This document shows, piece by piece, positions 18,957 to 28,969 of a stretch of DNA of 64,000 bases. The DNA comes from Candidatus Aenigmatarchaeota archaeon. GTDB taxonomy: Archaea; Aenigmatarchaeota; Aenigmatarchaeia; CG10238-14; SCSR01. Position numbers and translations under genes: made by a program. The stretch spans positions 32,001 through 96,000 of the forward strand of contig JAWCSL010000001.1 in assembly GCA_039090665.1 (NCBI GenBank). Reading direction: 5' to 3'. Position 1 is the stretch's first letter. Each line of letters begins with the position of its first letter. A model generated the notes under the pieces. That model had not been told where the DNA came from. It ran no database searches and was given only the letters and a program-made list of their open reading frames with translations.

Positions 18957-19349
18957 TCATTTCAATTCCTTTAAAGTTCTTATTCCAACAATTTCAAAAT
19001 AATCCACTTCTTCCCCTTGTTTTATTTTTTCTTTTCTTTCTTCAGGAATCTCGAGCTCAAAAACTTCAAAAGTTGTTAAATCCATGAGCTGAGCCTTTTC
19101 ACCAAGAATTGCAACAACCTGAGCTTTCTTCTTCTCCAGAATTGGAACTTCCACTGTTTCGTCAGCTGGTTTTACTATGCTTCTTCTCTTGTTGTCCAAA
19201 AGACCGATTGCTTCCACTCTAGCTTTGGCTGCCCCATGCTTGCCAGATTTGCTAACATCAACTCTCTCCACTCTACAAGGAACATCATCTATCAAAATGA
19301 AGCCATTTGGTTTAAGATCTTTTATCACGGCTGTGGTTTTTGCCATCAA
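18957..19349 (-). CDS. eif5a: Translation factor aIF5A
   Basis: SKSGKHGAAK hypusine loop. Confidence 0.96.
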   Translation of the reverse strand: MMAKTTAVIKDLKPNGFILIDDVPCRVERVDVSKSGKHGAAKARVEAIGLLDNKRRSIVKPADETVEVPILEKKKAQVVAILGEKAQLMDLTTFEVFELEIPEERKEKIKQGEEVDYFEIVGIRTLKELK

Positions 19350-19479
19350 ACTTCACCTTCATAATAATTTGAGCAAAGGAATATAAATTTCTAAGGTCTT
19401 AAAAGTTTAATTCATGATTGGAAAATTTATTGTCGCCTGTTGATAAAAGCATAAATATTTTAATGTTTCACAAATTTTT

Positions 19480-19911
19480 ATGTCAAATGAAGATTTGATT
19501 GTTATACCTATTGAGATCAATTTCCCAGATTTTTATAATAAATATTTTAGCAGTGTGCCAGATCCTAAAAAGAATGTAAAAAGAGGCCAACCATATATTG
19601 CTTATCGCGATGAAGAGAGAAATTCTTGCGAAATATCATTTACTTACATCATAAAAAAGGAAATGCGCGTGATCTTTACACTTCAGTTTGAAAAAGAAGA
19701 CAATTCATATAAAGGAAGAATTTCTCAAACAGATGTTGCTCTACTTAAAGTAGAAAGAAATAGCTTGGAAAATAAATGGAGAGGAAGCCTGGAAAAAGCA
19801 AAAAATAATCAAGAGACCAAGGATGCTGTAGAGTCTTTTCTTCATGACATCAATAAAATTAGAGAAGAGTTACAGCGACAATATTCACCTTCAACCAAAC
19901 ATTTATTCTAA
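19480..19911 (+). CDS. Hypothetical protein
   Basis: 143-aa ORF with TATA-like element upstream. Confidence 0.5.
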   Translation: MSNEDLIVIPIEINFPDFYNKYFSSVPDPKKNVKRGQPYIAYRDEERNSCEISFTYIIKKEMRVIFTLQFEKEDNSYKGRISQTDVALLKVERNSLENKWRGSLEKAKNNQETKDAVESFLHDINKIREELQRQYSPSTKHLF

Positions 19912-19940
19912 AAATTTTTTGTTAAAAGAAGGATTGCCCT

Positions 19941-20153
19941 CTATCTGATAGCCATTTGCACATCTTCTCTCCTTACAGTAACACGCTTGGCATGTCTTGC
20001 TGCAACCAAAGCATCTAAAGCAATTTTTTCAGCCATCTCAAGCATGATGTTCTTGAGCTCTATCACGGCTGACTCAGAGACCCTATCAGCCCCTACCTCT
20101 TTCCCTGCCTTTTTCAAAATCTTCTCTAATGGGAAGAGTGGAAAATCTTTCAT
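19941..20153 (-). CDS. Archaeal histone (HMf-like)
   Basis: P..P.EKILKKAG..RVS..A; ARHAKRVTVRREDV. Confidence 0.9.
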   Translation of the reverse strand: MKDFPLFPLEKILKKAGKEVGADRVSESAVIELKNIMLEMAEKIALDALVAARHAKRVTVRREDVQMAIR

Positions 20154-20197
20154 ATTAATTCTGTTTATTTTATTTTGCATTTTTATTATTTATTGTT

Positions 20198-20665
20198 ATG
20201 AGAGCAGTGCTAGATACTTCTGCAATAATTTATCTTCAAGATTTTCGAAAGTTTGATGAAATTTTCATCCCCCCTTCAGTGATAGAAGAAGTTAAAGACA
20301 AGCTTTCCACCATGAAACTTGAAGCTATGGAATCAAAAATAGTCGAGCCTGAAGAAAGTTTTGTTGAAGAAGTAAAAAGAGTAGCCAATAAGACAGGGGA
20401 TTTGGAAAAGCTTTCTAAAACAGACATTCAAGTTTTGGCTTTGGCCAAGCAAGTTGAAGCTGTTTTAGTTTCTGATGACTACAACATTCAAAATGTGGCA
20501 AAAAAGCTTGGAATAAAATACATCACACTCTTCGGCAAAGGAATCAAAAAACTCTATTTTTGGAAAAAATATTGCCCTGCTTGCAAAAAATATTTCAAAA
20601 AAGATTTGAAAGAGTGTCTTGTTTGTGGAACCAAGCTGAAAAGAGTGCCAAAAAAATCAAACTAA
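20198..20665 (+). CDS. nob1: Nob1-like PIN endonuclease with Zn ribbon
   Basis: VLDTSA, LSKTD, SDDYNIQN, CPAC..CLVCG. Confidence 0.9.
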   Translation: MRAVLDTSAIIYLQDFRKFDEIFIPPSVIEEVKDKLSTMKLEAMESKIVEPEESFVEEVKRVANKTGDLEKLSKTDIQVLALAKQVEAVLVSDDYNIQNVAKKLGIKYITLFGKGIKKLYFWKKYCPACKKYFKKDLKECLVCGTKLKRVPKKSN

Positions 20666-21114
20666 ATCAACCAAAAAATCAAACCAATCAAACCCAAAAT
20701 TATTAGCAAAATTCCAATAAATTTTGCGAGTTTTGCTACCAGAACCAAAATAATCCCAAAGATTAAAAGCAAAATAGGATTTGGAGCAATGATGCTGAAG
20801 AACACGCTTTTTATTTTATTTATTTTGGGTTGTTCTGCAAAAGCTGTCTTGTTTGAATAACCCCATTGACATTTGTTGTTTATACACTGGCAAGTTAAGT
20901 TGTAGTTCTTTGCTATGTAGCATTCTCTAAATTCACAAGTTGTTATAGTCCCTTCATTTACCCTTTCACAAACTTGTCCGCTACATCCACCCACTTGACA
21001 ATCAGAATCTTTTGAGCAAGAGCTGTAAGTGGACCAGCCGCAAAAAGGTTGAAGAGCTGTGGTTGCTTGAGTTAAAAAAAGTAATGCAATTGTAAGCATT
21101 ATCAACCTTTCCAT
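20662..21114 (-). CDS. Secreted/membrane eight-cysteine-cluster protein
   Basis: Signal peptide, FCGWST..C..DSDC..GGCSGQVC..TTCE..C.C.NNKCQW, C-terminal TM hairpin. Confidence 0.75.
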   Translation of the reverse strand: MERLIMLTIALLFLTQATTALQPFCGWSTYSSCSKDSDCQVGGCSGQVCERVNEGTITTCEFRECYIAKNYNLTCQCINNKCQWGYSNKTAFAEQPKINKIKSVFFSIIAPNPILLLIFGIILVLVAKLAKFIGILLIILGLIGLIFWLI

Positions 21115-21208
21115 AATATTGAATTTAATTTTTTTGGATATAAAGATGGGGTAGAAAAGCTTTAAAAATATAACGCCTAGATTTACTCTAAGCACAAAAA
21201 ATAAATAG

Positions 21209-22420
21209 GTGAAAAGTATGAATGTTCTGGTCTTAGGATGTGGTGCTGTAGGTTCTTCAATAATAAGGCTTTTACTTAAAGAGAAATTTATAGATGAAAT
21301 TTTATGTGTAGCAAAAGACAAAAAAACAGCAAAAGATTTCTTACTTCAAAACTTCAAGGATATAGAGTTTAAAGTCGCTGATGCTCTTGATTTCAGCGAA
21401 ATTAAAAACCTGTTACAAAAGTCAGATTTTGTGATAAATGCTTTACCAAGCTACTTGGAAGTTGCAGGTAAGAACATACTAGTTAACTTGAAAATTTTGG
21501 AATTTTGTTTGAAAGTTGGTGTCAATTACCTTGATTTTGCTTGCTATGGTGATGAAAAGAGAAAAATTGCAGAGCAACTCTTGATGGCCAAGAAATTTGA
21601 AAAAGAGAAGCTTTTTGCTTTGATAAATGCTGGAATATGCCCGGGCTTGTCCAACCTTCTTGCAAAAGAGAGTAGCGAGGAATTTGAGTACTTGGAAAGT
21701 ATAAAGATAAGGACTTTAGAAGATCAGAGAGGACTAGAATTTGTTTTGCCTTGGTCTAAAGAAGGTCTGTTTGATGTGGCTTCCAAAGTTTTGGTCTACA
21801 GAAACTACAAGTTCTTCTTTAAAGAACCTTTCACAGAAAGGGAGAATTATGATTATCCTTCTTTCGGAAAAATTTCTTGCTATTTACTTTCGCATGACGA
21901 GGTTTACACTTTACCACACTTCATCAAAGTGAGAAATGTGGATGTGAAAGGCGGAGGAAGCGATATAGAAATTTTATTTGCTCTCTACAAGCTTGGAATT
22001 TTGGAAGATGAGAAAGTTAGAGTTGGAAAGTTCAGGATTTCACCAAAGAAATTCGTTTATTCCATAGTCAAGGGCACACCAACAACAAAAGAGTTTGTGA
22101 AGATAATTGAAAGTGGAATAATAGAAGATGCTTTTTTTGGTCTATTTGTGGATTGTAAAGGATATAGAAAGAACAACAGAATTTTAGTCAGGAATTATGT
22201 CACTTTTTCTCAAAAGATGATAAACAAAAAGCTTTACGGCACAAACTACATTTCTTATCCTACAGCTCTTTCTTCCGTGATTTTCTTGAAGTCTGTCCAC
22301 AAAAGAAGGCTGTATGGAGTTTTGCCACCAGAAGCTTTGCCAAAAGCAGCGAGAAAGAAATTTTTGAATGAATTGGAGAGAAAAGACATAATACTGAATG
22401 AAGAATACAAGAAATTGTAA
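21209..22420 (+). CDS. Saccharopine dehydrogenase-like oxidoreductase
   Basis: GCGAVG Rossmann motif, NAGICPGLSN, HDEV. Confidence 0.85.
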   Translation: MKSMNVLVLGCGAVGSSIIRLLLKEKFIDEILCVAKDKKTAKDFLLQNFKDIEFKVADALDFSEIKNLLQKSDFVINALPSYLEVAGKNILVNLKILEFCLKVGVNYLDFACYGDEKRKIAEQLLMAKKFEKEKLFALINAGICPGLSNLLAKESSEEFEYLESIKIRTLEDQRGLEFVLPWSKEGLFDVASKVLVYRNYKFFFKEPFTERENYDYPSFGKISCYLLSHDEVYTLPHFIKVRNVDVKGGGSDIEILFALYKLGILEDEKVRVGKFRISPKKFVYSIVKGTPTTKEFVKIIESGIIEDAFFGLFVDCKGYRKNNRILVRNYVTFSQKMINKKLYGTNYISYPTALSSVIFLKSVHKRRLYGVLPPEALPKAARKKFLNELERKDIILNEEYKKL

Positions 22421-22424
22421 AAGA

Positions 22425-22868
22425 TTAAAAGAAGATCTTTGATGATGTTGTTATATCTTTTATTATAGTTGCCGGTTCTCCTTCTTTAATTTTATGTTCT
22501 TCAAATACAGAATAGCTAAGAAATATCGCGTTTTTTTCTTCTTTTAGTAGATCTCGGTAATACTTGATGATCCGTATGTTCATCCCCACAAGCAGACCTT
22601 CAAGCTTAACTTTGTTTTTATGTGTCAATAATTTACAATTGATAACTGGATGTAAGGATTCTGAAGTAGCTAATTTTTTGAAGAAGTAACTATTAGTTAA
22701 CATCAATTTTTCTCCAAATTCTTCATAAAGTTGTTGAATATTTTCATCTTTGAAAGTTTGGATTATTTTTTCTGTCGATTGGAACACGGAAGCAAGATAT
22801 ATTTGTGAATTTATCTTGGTCAAATCAAGTCTCATCAACAAAAAATTTGTTATTAAAAATTTTATCAA
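22425..22868 (-). CDS. Hypothetical protein
   Basis: ORF only. Confidence 0.4.
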   Translation of the reverse strand: MIKFLITNFLLMRLDLTKINSQIYLASVFQSTEKIIQTFKDENIQQLYEEFGEKLMLTNSYFFKKLATSESLHPVINCKLLTHKNKVKLEGLLVGMNIRIIKYYRDLLKEEKNAIFLSYSVFEEHKIKEGEPATIIKDITTSSKIFF

Positions 22869-22979
22869 TTTATGTTCTTTCCACTTTTAGGCTAATTTCA
22901 AAAACGATAACTTTAAATACTTATTGGTACAACATTTTTATAAGTTTTGAATTAAAGTTTCACCAAAGAGTGATAAAAA

Positions 22980-23912
22980 ATGGTAAAAAAAGCAAGAACA
23001 GGCTCAAGATGTCCTGAATGTGGTAGCCCTAACCTTATAGAAGATCCTAATCGTGGAGAAATGATTTGCAAGGATTGTGGACTTGTTTTGAAAGAAGAGC
23101 TCATAGACACTGGACAAGAATGGAGAGCTTTTGATTCAGAGCAGATGAGCAGGAGAGCAAGAGGTGGGGCTCCTTTAACTTTCACAAAGCATGATAAAGG
23201 AATGACTACAGAAATAGGAAAAGGTGTTGGTGAGCTTTACAAAGTTCCTTCCAAGAAAAGAGCCCAATATTACAGGCTAACAAAGTGGCATAAGCGCTTG
23301 ATAAAATCAAAAGACAGAAACTTGAGCTTTGCTTTGAGCGAATTGCAAAGAATTGTTTCTTTCTTGAATTTGTCCAAAAGCATTCATGAAAGGATAGCAA
23401 GGTATTATGAAGAAGCTGTTAATAAAGGGCTTGTAAGAGGAAGAAGCATAGAATCGGTCATAGCAGCTTTAACTTATGCTGTTTCAAGAGAATTTGGATC
23501 TCCCCGCACGCTTGATGAAATTTCAGAAGCTTCTGGTGTTGAAAAAAGGGAAATTGGAAGAACTTACCGCTACATAGCTAGAGAACTTGATCTCAGGATC
23601 TTACCTGCAGATCCGATAACTTTTGTTCCTCGTTTCTGCTCAATGCTTGGGTTAAGCGATAAAGTGCAAGCAAAAGCAATTGAAATTTTGAAGAAAGCAA
23701 AGAAATCAGAAATAACTTCTGGTAAAGGACCAACTGGAGTGGCAGCAGCTGCGATTTACATTGCTTCTGTTCTTGTTGGGGAAAAGAGGACACAAAGAGA
23801 AGTTGCTGACATTGTGGGTGTGACAGAAGTGACCATAAGAAACAGACAAAAAGAGCTTGTAGAGAAGCTTGGGATTGAAGAGGAAGTGGAAAAGAAAGCT
23901 AGGGAAGAGTAG
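22980..23912 (+). CDS. tfb: Transcription initiation factor IIB
   Basis: CPECG Zn ribbon, EWRAF B-reader, two cyclin repeats, VTEVTIRNR. Confidence 0.97.
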   Translation: MVKKARTGSRCPECGSPNLIEDPNRGEMICKDCGLVLKEELIDTGQEWRAFDSEQMSRRARGGAPLTFTKHDKGMTTEIGKGVGELYKVPSKKRAQYYRLTKWHKRLIKSKDRNLSFALSELQRIVSFLNLSKSIHERIARYYEEAVNKGLVRGRSIESVIAALTYAVSREFGSPRTLDEISEASGVEKREIGRTYRYIARELDLRILPADPITFVPRFCSMLGLSDKVQAKAIEILKKAKKSEITSGKGPTGVAAAAIYIASVLVGEKRTQREVADIVGVTEVTIRNRQKELVEKLGIEEEVEKKAREE

Positions 23913-25014
23913 GCGATTTTGATCTTAGCTTTTCAAGGACATTTTCACCTTTAAGCAAATTCAATCCCTTTTCCGTGATTTTCCATAGTCTTGTTTTGCT
24001 AGTAATTTCTCCCCTTTCTACCAAGCCTTGTTTTTCTAAAATATAAAGAGCTTCTGTTTTTACTGTATCTGGAGATCTATTCAACAATTTGCCCAATTCT
24101 TGCCTTGTTCTAGGCTTTTCAGAGAGAAGTTGCAAAACTTTTAATCTCAATTCACCTTTTCTTGATTGCACAACTTTAAAATTTGAAATACCTTTTTTGA
24201 AATCATTTTGTTTTTCGGGTTGCAAAACACACAAATTCCATTTTTCAATAAGTTTAAAGTTGGACAAGCCTGTGATTAAGACGCATTCTTGTCCAGGTAT
24301 TTCTTTATCTTTATCTGGAATGATTTTTAATTTGAATAATAGTTGTCGAATAAAATCTCTTTTCGATTTTTCTTTTCCAGCTATGGTTATTTCTCTTAGT
24401 TTATTTTGGACTGGTAAAAGACTTACGTTTGCTTCAGAAGCAATTATACCTCTTAATATGCCAGCACAAAAAAGTTCATTTGAAAATAACAGTGGTTGCA
24501 AATTATCAAATAACAAATTCAAAATTAAACCAAGCAACGTGGAATTTATTTTAATATCTATTATCGGTTTATTCCTTCTTTCTAAAATTCTAGTTTTATA
24601 GAAATTTTTCCTAGGAATACTCAATTCTCTTGAGATGTTAGATTCAATTTCTTCCAATTTGCTGGATAAGCTTGGTGGCATTGTTATGGCGACTCTAAAT
24701 TCTTTTGGCTCAATCCCAAAACTTTCTTTAGTAAATTTCAGAAAATACTTTATAAGCTCTAAGTTGGTATTGGAGAATCCATATACTTTGGGTAACCCAG
24801 CTTGCAATTTTATTCCATCCCCAAATCTTAGTCCCAAACCCTCGAAAAGCAATTCATTTATTTCAATAAATCTCTTGATCACAATCGGCTCAGCATTACC
24901 ACCTCTTGCTGAATTTTTGTCCACATAAACTTCAATTCTCTCAGGATCGACTTGCTTCCAAAGAATTTTCTTCCCACTAGGTAAAGCAGGAGGAAGCAAT
25001 TTAACAACATCCAC
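23899..25014 (-). CDS. Double-motif LAGLIDADG-like protein with C-terminal winged HTH
   Basis: EGLGLRFGDG and AGILRGIIASEA motifs, FSNTNLELI, C-terminal TRQELGKLLNRS..LEKQGLV..WKITEKG. Confidence 0.7.
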   Translation of the reverse strand: MDVVKLLPPALPSGKKILWKQVDPERIEVYVDKNSARGGNAEPIVIKRFIEINELLFEGLGLRFGDGIKLQAGLPKVYGFSNTNLELIKYFLKFTKESFGIEPKEFRVAITMPPSLSSKLEEIESNISRELSIPRKNFYKTRILERRNKPIIDIKINSTLLGLILNLLFDNLQPLLFSNELFCAGILRGIIASEANVSLLPVQNKLREITIAGKEKSKRDFIRQLLFKLKIIPDKDKEIPGQECVLITGLSNFKLIEKWNLCVLQPEKQNDFKKGISNFKVVQSRKGELRLKVLQLLSEKPRTRQELGKLLNRSPDTVKTEALYILEKQGLVERGEITSKTRLWKITEKGLNLLKGENVLEKLRSKSPTLP

Positions 25015-25102
25015 AAATTTCTTCCCATCTCGAATGAACTATCACACCTTTCACATTTTTTAGAATTGCAAGAAATGTATATGTAGATTTAGAACTCACT
25101 CA

Positions 25103-25444
25103 GTGAGTGAAAAAATCAAAAAGTTTTTATCTTATCTTTTGTTAAACTTTTTTATGGGATTGTTTGATGTTGTGTCAGCAAATTTCAAATGTCCTTATTG
25201 TGAATACAAAGAAAAAGAGCACGATTGGCAAACAAAATCTTTGCAGCGCGCTCTCAAAACTTATAGGGTTGGTGAAGTTCTTTCTCTTGAAGATTTTGAA
25301 AGCAAGCTGTTGATAAAAGAAGGTTATTTTGAAATTCACACTGTTTGCAAAAATTGTAAAAAGCCCGTAAGCGCAATGATAGAAGTTAAAGATTCTAGAA
25401 TAACTGGAAAGATAAAATATGAAAAGTTAAAACACAAAAGCTAA
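25103..25444 (+). CDS. Small Zn-ribbon protein
   Basis: CPYC..WQTK..CKNC; true start probably MGLFD at 25154. Confidence 0.6.
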   Translation: MSEKIKKFLSYLLLNFFMGLFDVVSANFKCPYCEYKEKEHDWQTKSLQRALKTYRVGEVLSLEDFESKLLIKEGYFEIHTVCKNCKKPVSAMIEVKDSRITGKIKYEKLKHKS

Positions 25445-26173
25445 AGAATAAATTAGCAAAATTCCAAGCAAGAAAACACCAAACTCCACTAAAGATCTTT
25501 TAATACTGGCTTCCTTTCTTATCTCTGGTATCAAATCGCTAGCTGCTATGTAAATGAAGTTGCCAGCAGCAAAGGGAAGCAAAATCTTCAAAAAATATTC
25601 AGAAGGGATGAAATAGCTTATCAAGCCACCAAAAATAGCAATCAAGGCTGAAAGGAAATTGAAAAATAAAGCTTTTCTTTTGCTGAAGCCTGAATAGACT
25701 AAAACACCAAAATCACCAATTTCTTGAGGAATCTCATGCAGAATTACAGCCAAGCTTGTGGTCAAGCCTAGCTTGAAACTTGATATAAAACTTGCAGCTA
25801 TTATTAAACCGTCAATAAAGTTGTGGATTCCATCTCCAATTAAATTGATATAGCCAAAACTGTGAAATTTGCATTTTGCTTCATGACAGTGACGCCAATG
25901 GATTATTTTTTCCAAAAAGAACAAAATTATGAATCCCAACAAAGTGAAAAAAGAAATTTCTCCATAAGATAAAAATTCTGAAGCTTCTGGAAGCAAATGG
26001 AAGAAAGAATTTCCCATCAAAACTCCTGCTGAAAGTGCGATAAGAACCAAAAGAACCTTTTTCACTAATTGCTTTTCCATCAAAAAAGTTAAGATGCCAA
26101 TGAAAGCTATTAAGCTTACAAAAAAAGTTGAAAGCAAGATTAAGAACAAAGTAAACATGTTAATATTTTTCAC
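25427..26173 (-). CDS. ZIP family metal transporter
   Basis: HNFIDG, HEIPQEIGDF, DLIPE. Confidence 0.93.
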   Translation of the reverse strand: MKNINMFTLFLILLSTFFVSLIAFIGILTFLMEKQLVKKVLLVLIALSAGVLMGNSFFHLLPEASEFLSYGEISFFTLLGFIILFFLEKIIHWRHCHEAKCKFHSFGYINLIGDGIHNFIDGLIIAASFISSFKLGLTTSLAVILHEIPQEIGDFGVLVYSGFSKRKALFFNFLSALIAIFGGLISYFIPSEYFLKILLPFAAGNFIYIAASDLIPEIRKEASIKRSLVEFGVFLLGILLIYSLAFVF

Positions 26174-26679
26174 TCGTGAGATATATTTTCTTTTAGCTTT
26201 TTTGCCTTTTTATCACACCAAAGCTTGAGTTTCATCTTTTTCTCAATTTCTTCATCTTTAAGTTTGTGGTGTTGAATTCTTTCTTTGTCAAAAATGTGAA
26301 ACACTTCAAAATCATTCTCTGCTAAAACATTTGCTATGTATCTTCTATGACAACGCCACCACAAGAGTTCAGCGCAAAGTATTGCTACTGTCTTTTCTTT
26401 TGCAATTTCTACCAACTTTTCTATTGCTTCAGAAAATTCTTTGCTCTTGCTGAAATTTTCATAACCTTCTTTTCTATATCCACCAAGCTCAGGAAAATGA
26501 ATATATTCTATTTCATTTTTTTCTAATTCTCTTTCCAAATTTTCTTTGTTGAAATGAGGAAATTTTTTACTAGAAGGAAATTTGCGCACATCAACTACAC
26601 ACTTGATCTTGAAGCTCAAGAGGATTTCCAAAAATTCTTCCAAGCTTCTGGTGCTATGACCCAAAGTGAAAATTTTCAT
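26170..26679 (-). CDS. DUF488 family protein
   Basis: TLGHSTR, DVRKFP, LCAE..WWRCHRR. Confidence 0.88.
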   Translation of the reverse strand: MKIFTLGHSTRSLEEFLEILLSFKIKCVVDVRKFPSSKKFPHFNKENLERELEKNEIEYIHFPELGGYRKEGYENFSKSKEFSEAIEKLVEIAKEKTVAILCAELLWWRCHRRYIANVLAENDFEVFHIFDKERIQHHKLKDEEIEKKMKLKLWCDKKAKKLKENISHE

Positions 26680-26689
26680 GAATAATTTT

Positions 26690-27199
26690 TTAGTTTAGTC
26701 CATAAAATGTGTTGATTATTTCATTTCTATAACTTGGGTCAAAAACTTTATTCCCGAGTTTATGGTAAACACCTTCAAATCTTGCCCTTAAATTGCCGTA
26801 AGCATCTTTAGCATACCCGGTTAATTTTTTTGTTAACCAAGAAACATAACCCTCTTCCACATCTTTTGGAAGATTAAATCTTTCTAAGAATTTGTGCACT
26901 AATTCGTGATAAATAAGCGGAATTCTTTCGCTTCTTTCTCTTATTTTGTCTATGTTTAAGTAAATTCTGTTTTTCAATTTATCAAATGCTCCGCCTATTT
27001 CAGCAACAACTTTATATACAATTCCTCTCAAAGGATCAATGATATAGCTTAAAATTTTTGGAAACTTTGTTAGCTTTATTTCAGGCATGTTTGGAGAATA
27101 TTTGAAAATTTTTGAAAGATTCTCGTGAGCTTCATTCAATTCTTTATTCAAATCAAAAGGGCTTGTATCATAAAGCCTTGATAGCAAACTTTCAAACAT
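26690..27199 (-). CDS. Zincin-like HExxH protein
   Basis: YHELVH followed by EEG. Confidence 0.55.
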   Translation of the reverse strand: MFESLLSRLYDTSPFDLNKELNEAHENLSKIFKYSPNMPEIKLTKFPKILSYIIDPLRGIVYKVVAEIGGAFDKLKNRIYLNIDKIRERSERIPLIYHELVHKFLERFNLPKDVEEGYVSWLTKKLTGYAKDAYGNLRARFEGVYHKLGNKVFDPSYRNEIINTFYGLN

Positions 27200-27246
27200 T
27201 TGATTGAATTTGAGTTTTTTATAGATTTAAGCTTTATTAAATCAAT

Positions 27247-27807
27247 ATGGAGCTTTCAGCTTGTCCTGTTTGCAAAAACCAAAGTTTAGTGTTTTCAAGC
27301 ACAACAACAGAAATCCCTTACTTTGGAAAGATTTTGATTTTAAGTTTAAAATGCGAAAGTTGTGGTTTCAAGCACAACGATGTTTTAAATTTGGAGATAA
27401 AAGATCCTTTGAGCTATAGAATCGAGATTGAAGAAGAGAAAGATTTAACTGCAAAAGTCGTGAGGGCTTCTTCAGGCACAATCATAATTCCTGAGCTTGG
27501 TGTTAAAATCGAGCCAGGATCCCAAGCAGAGGGCTTTATAACCAATGTTGAAGGAGTTTTGGAAAGAATTGAAAGAGTTTTGAAATCACAAATAGAAGTA
27601 CAAAAAGACAAGAAATTGGAAAAAGTGAAAGAACTTTTAGAGAAAATTGGAAAGATGAGAGAAGGAAAAGAAAAGTTCACTTTGATCTTGAAAGACCCTT
27701 TTGGAAATTCAGCAATAATTTCTCCAAAAGCTAAGAAGAGAAAATTGAGCGAAAAAGAGTTGAAAAAACTTAAAACAGGAATGGTAATTCTCGAGTTGAA
27801 AAAATAG
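27247..27807 (+). CDS. ZPR1 zinc-finger protein
   Basis: CPVC, IPYFG, CESCG, EGFITNVEG, DPFGNS. Confidence 0.92.
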   Translation: MELSACPVCKNQSLVFSSTTTEIPYFGKILILSLKCESCGFKHNDVLNLEIKDPLSYRIEIEEEKDLTAKVVRASSGTIIIPELGVKIEPGSQAEGFITNVEGVLERIERVLKSQIEVQKDKKLEKVKELLEKIGKMREGKEKFTLILKDPFGNSAIISPKAKKRKLSEKELKKLKTGMVILELKK

Positions 27808-27838
27808 CCTTTATTTTTTATTTTTATGAATTTAAATT

Positions 27839-28417
27839 ATGTTGAGCTTAGTTCAAGGAGAAAAACTCGTAAGACTTGCAAGGAAAGCTGTTGAAAAGAG
27901 AAAAGTTGAAAAGGAGTTTGATGAAGATCTAAAAGTCAAGAAAGGAGTTTTTGTGACAATAGAAACTTATCCTGATAAAGAGTTGAGAGGATGTATAGGC
28001 TTTCCTTATCCAATTTATCCTTTAGGCGAAGCAGTGCAAAAAGCTGCAATAGCGGCAGCTTTTGAAGACCCCAGATTTTCACCTCTAGAAAAAGAAGAAT
28101 TGAGCAAAATTGTTTTTGAAGTTTCAATTTTAACTGAACCTGAGCTCATTCAAGTTAAAGAACCGAAAGAATATTTCAAAAAGATTGAAGCTGGTAAAGA
28201 TGGTTTGATTTTGAAGAATGGGCCTTTTTCTGGTTTATTCTTGCCACAAGTTTGGAATTACTTCAAGACAAAACAAGAATTTTTGGAAAACCTTTGCTTT
28301 AAAGCTGGACTTACCCCCGATTATATTTATGATAAGAATACAAAAATTTTCAAGTTTAGAGCGCAAATTTTTGCTGAAGAGAAGCCGAATGGAAAAATTG
28401 TTGAAGTTAAGCTTTAG
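27839..28417 (+). CDS. AMMECR1 domain protein
   Basis: GVFVT, LRGCIG, DPRF, FLPQV. Confidence 0.93.
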   Translation: MLSLVQGEKLVRLARKAVEKRKVEKEFDEDLKVKKGVFVTIETYPDKELRGCIGFPYPIYPLGEAVQKAAIAAAFEDPRFSPLEKEELSKIVFEVSILTEPELIQVKEPKEYFKKIEAGKDGLILKNGPFSGLFLPQVWNYFKTKQEFLENLCFKAGLTPDYIYDKNTKIFKFRAQIFAEEKPNGKIVEVKL

Positions 28418-28438
28418 CTTTCTCTTCTTATCATCAAG

Positions 28439-28918
28439 TTTAAACACTTAATTTCAATCTGTATCTTTTTTCTATTTCTTGAAATCCAAAAGATTCTAGC
28501 ATCTTTTTAGAAATTTCATTAAAAGGTGAGATTACTGTTTCTATGATTTCCACTTTGTTTTTCTTTACCCCATGCAATAAATTTGTTTAGCAACTTCTTA
28601 CCAATTCCTCTATTTCTGTAAGATTCTTCCACGTGGATGAGCCAAATAAAGCCATATTTTTTCTGAGCATAAATTGGGGGATATTTTTCAATTTTTCCGT
28701 TTATAAATCCAACTAATTTACCATCACTCTCTGCACATAATACTTCCATCTCTTACTTCTAAAAGTTCTATCTACAAATCGCCTTCCCCATTCTCTTGCT
28801 TTCTCACTCTTTTCATCAAGTCATCAAATTTGTTTTTTAAATAAAAATTGAAGAACTTCCAATTCATCTCTTTTATTTAGTTTAAGTCTTTTTTAGTAGC
28901 TTCTCTTATTTTGAGCAT
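28439..28918 (-). pseudogene. GNAT acetyltransferase, fragmented
   Basis: MLKIREATKKDL start then stop; IHVEESYRNRGIGKKL acetyl-CoA motif in a later piece. Confidence 0.7.
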
Positions 28919-28969
28919 AATTTATTTATTTTCCTATAAATTTTTATTAAAAAGGAAGTGGAACAATTT

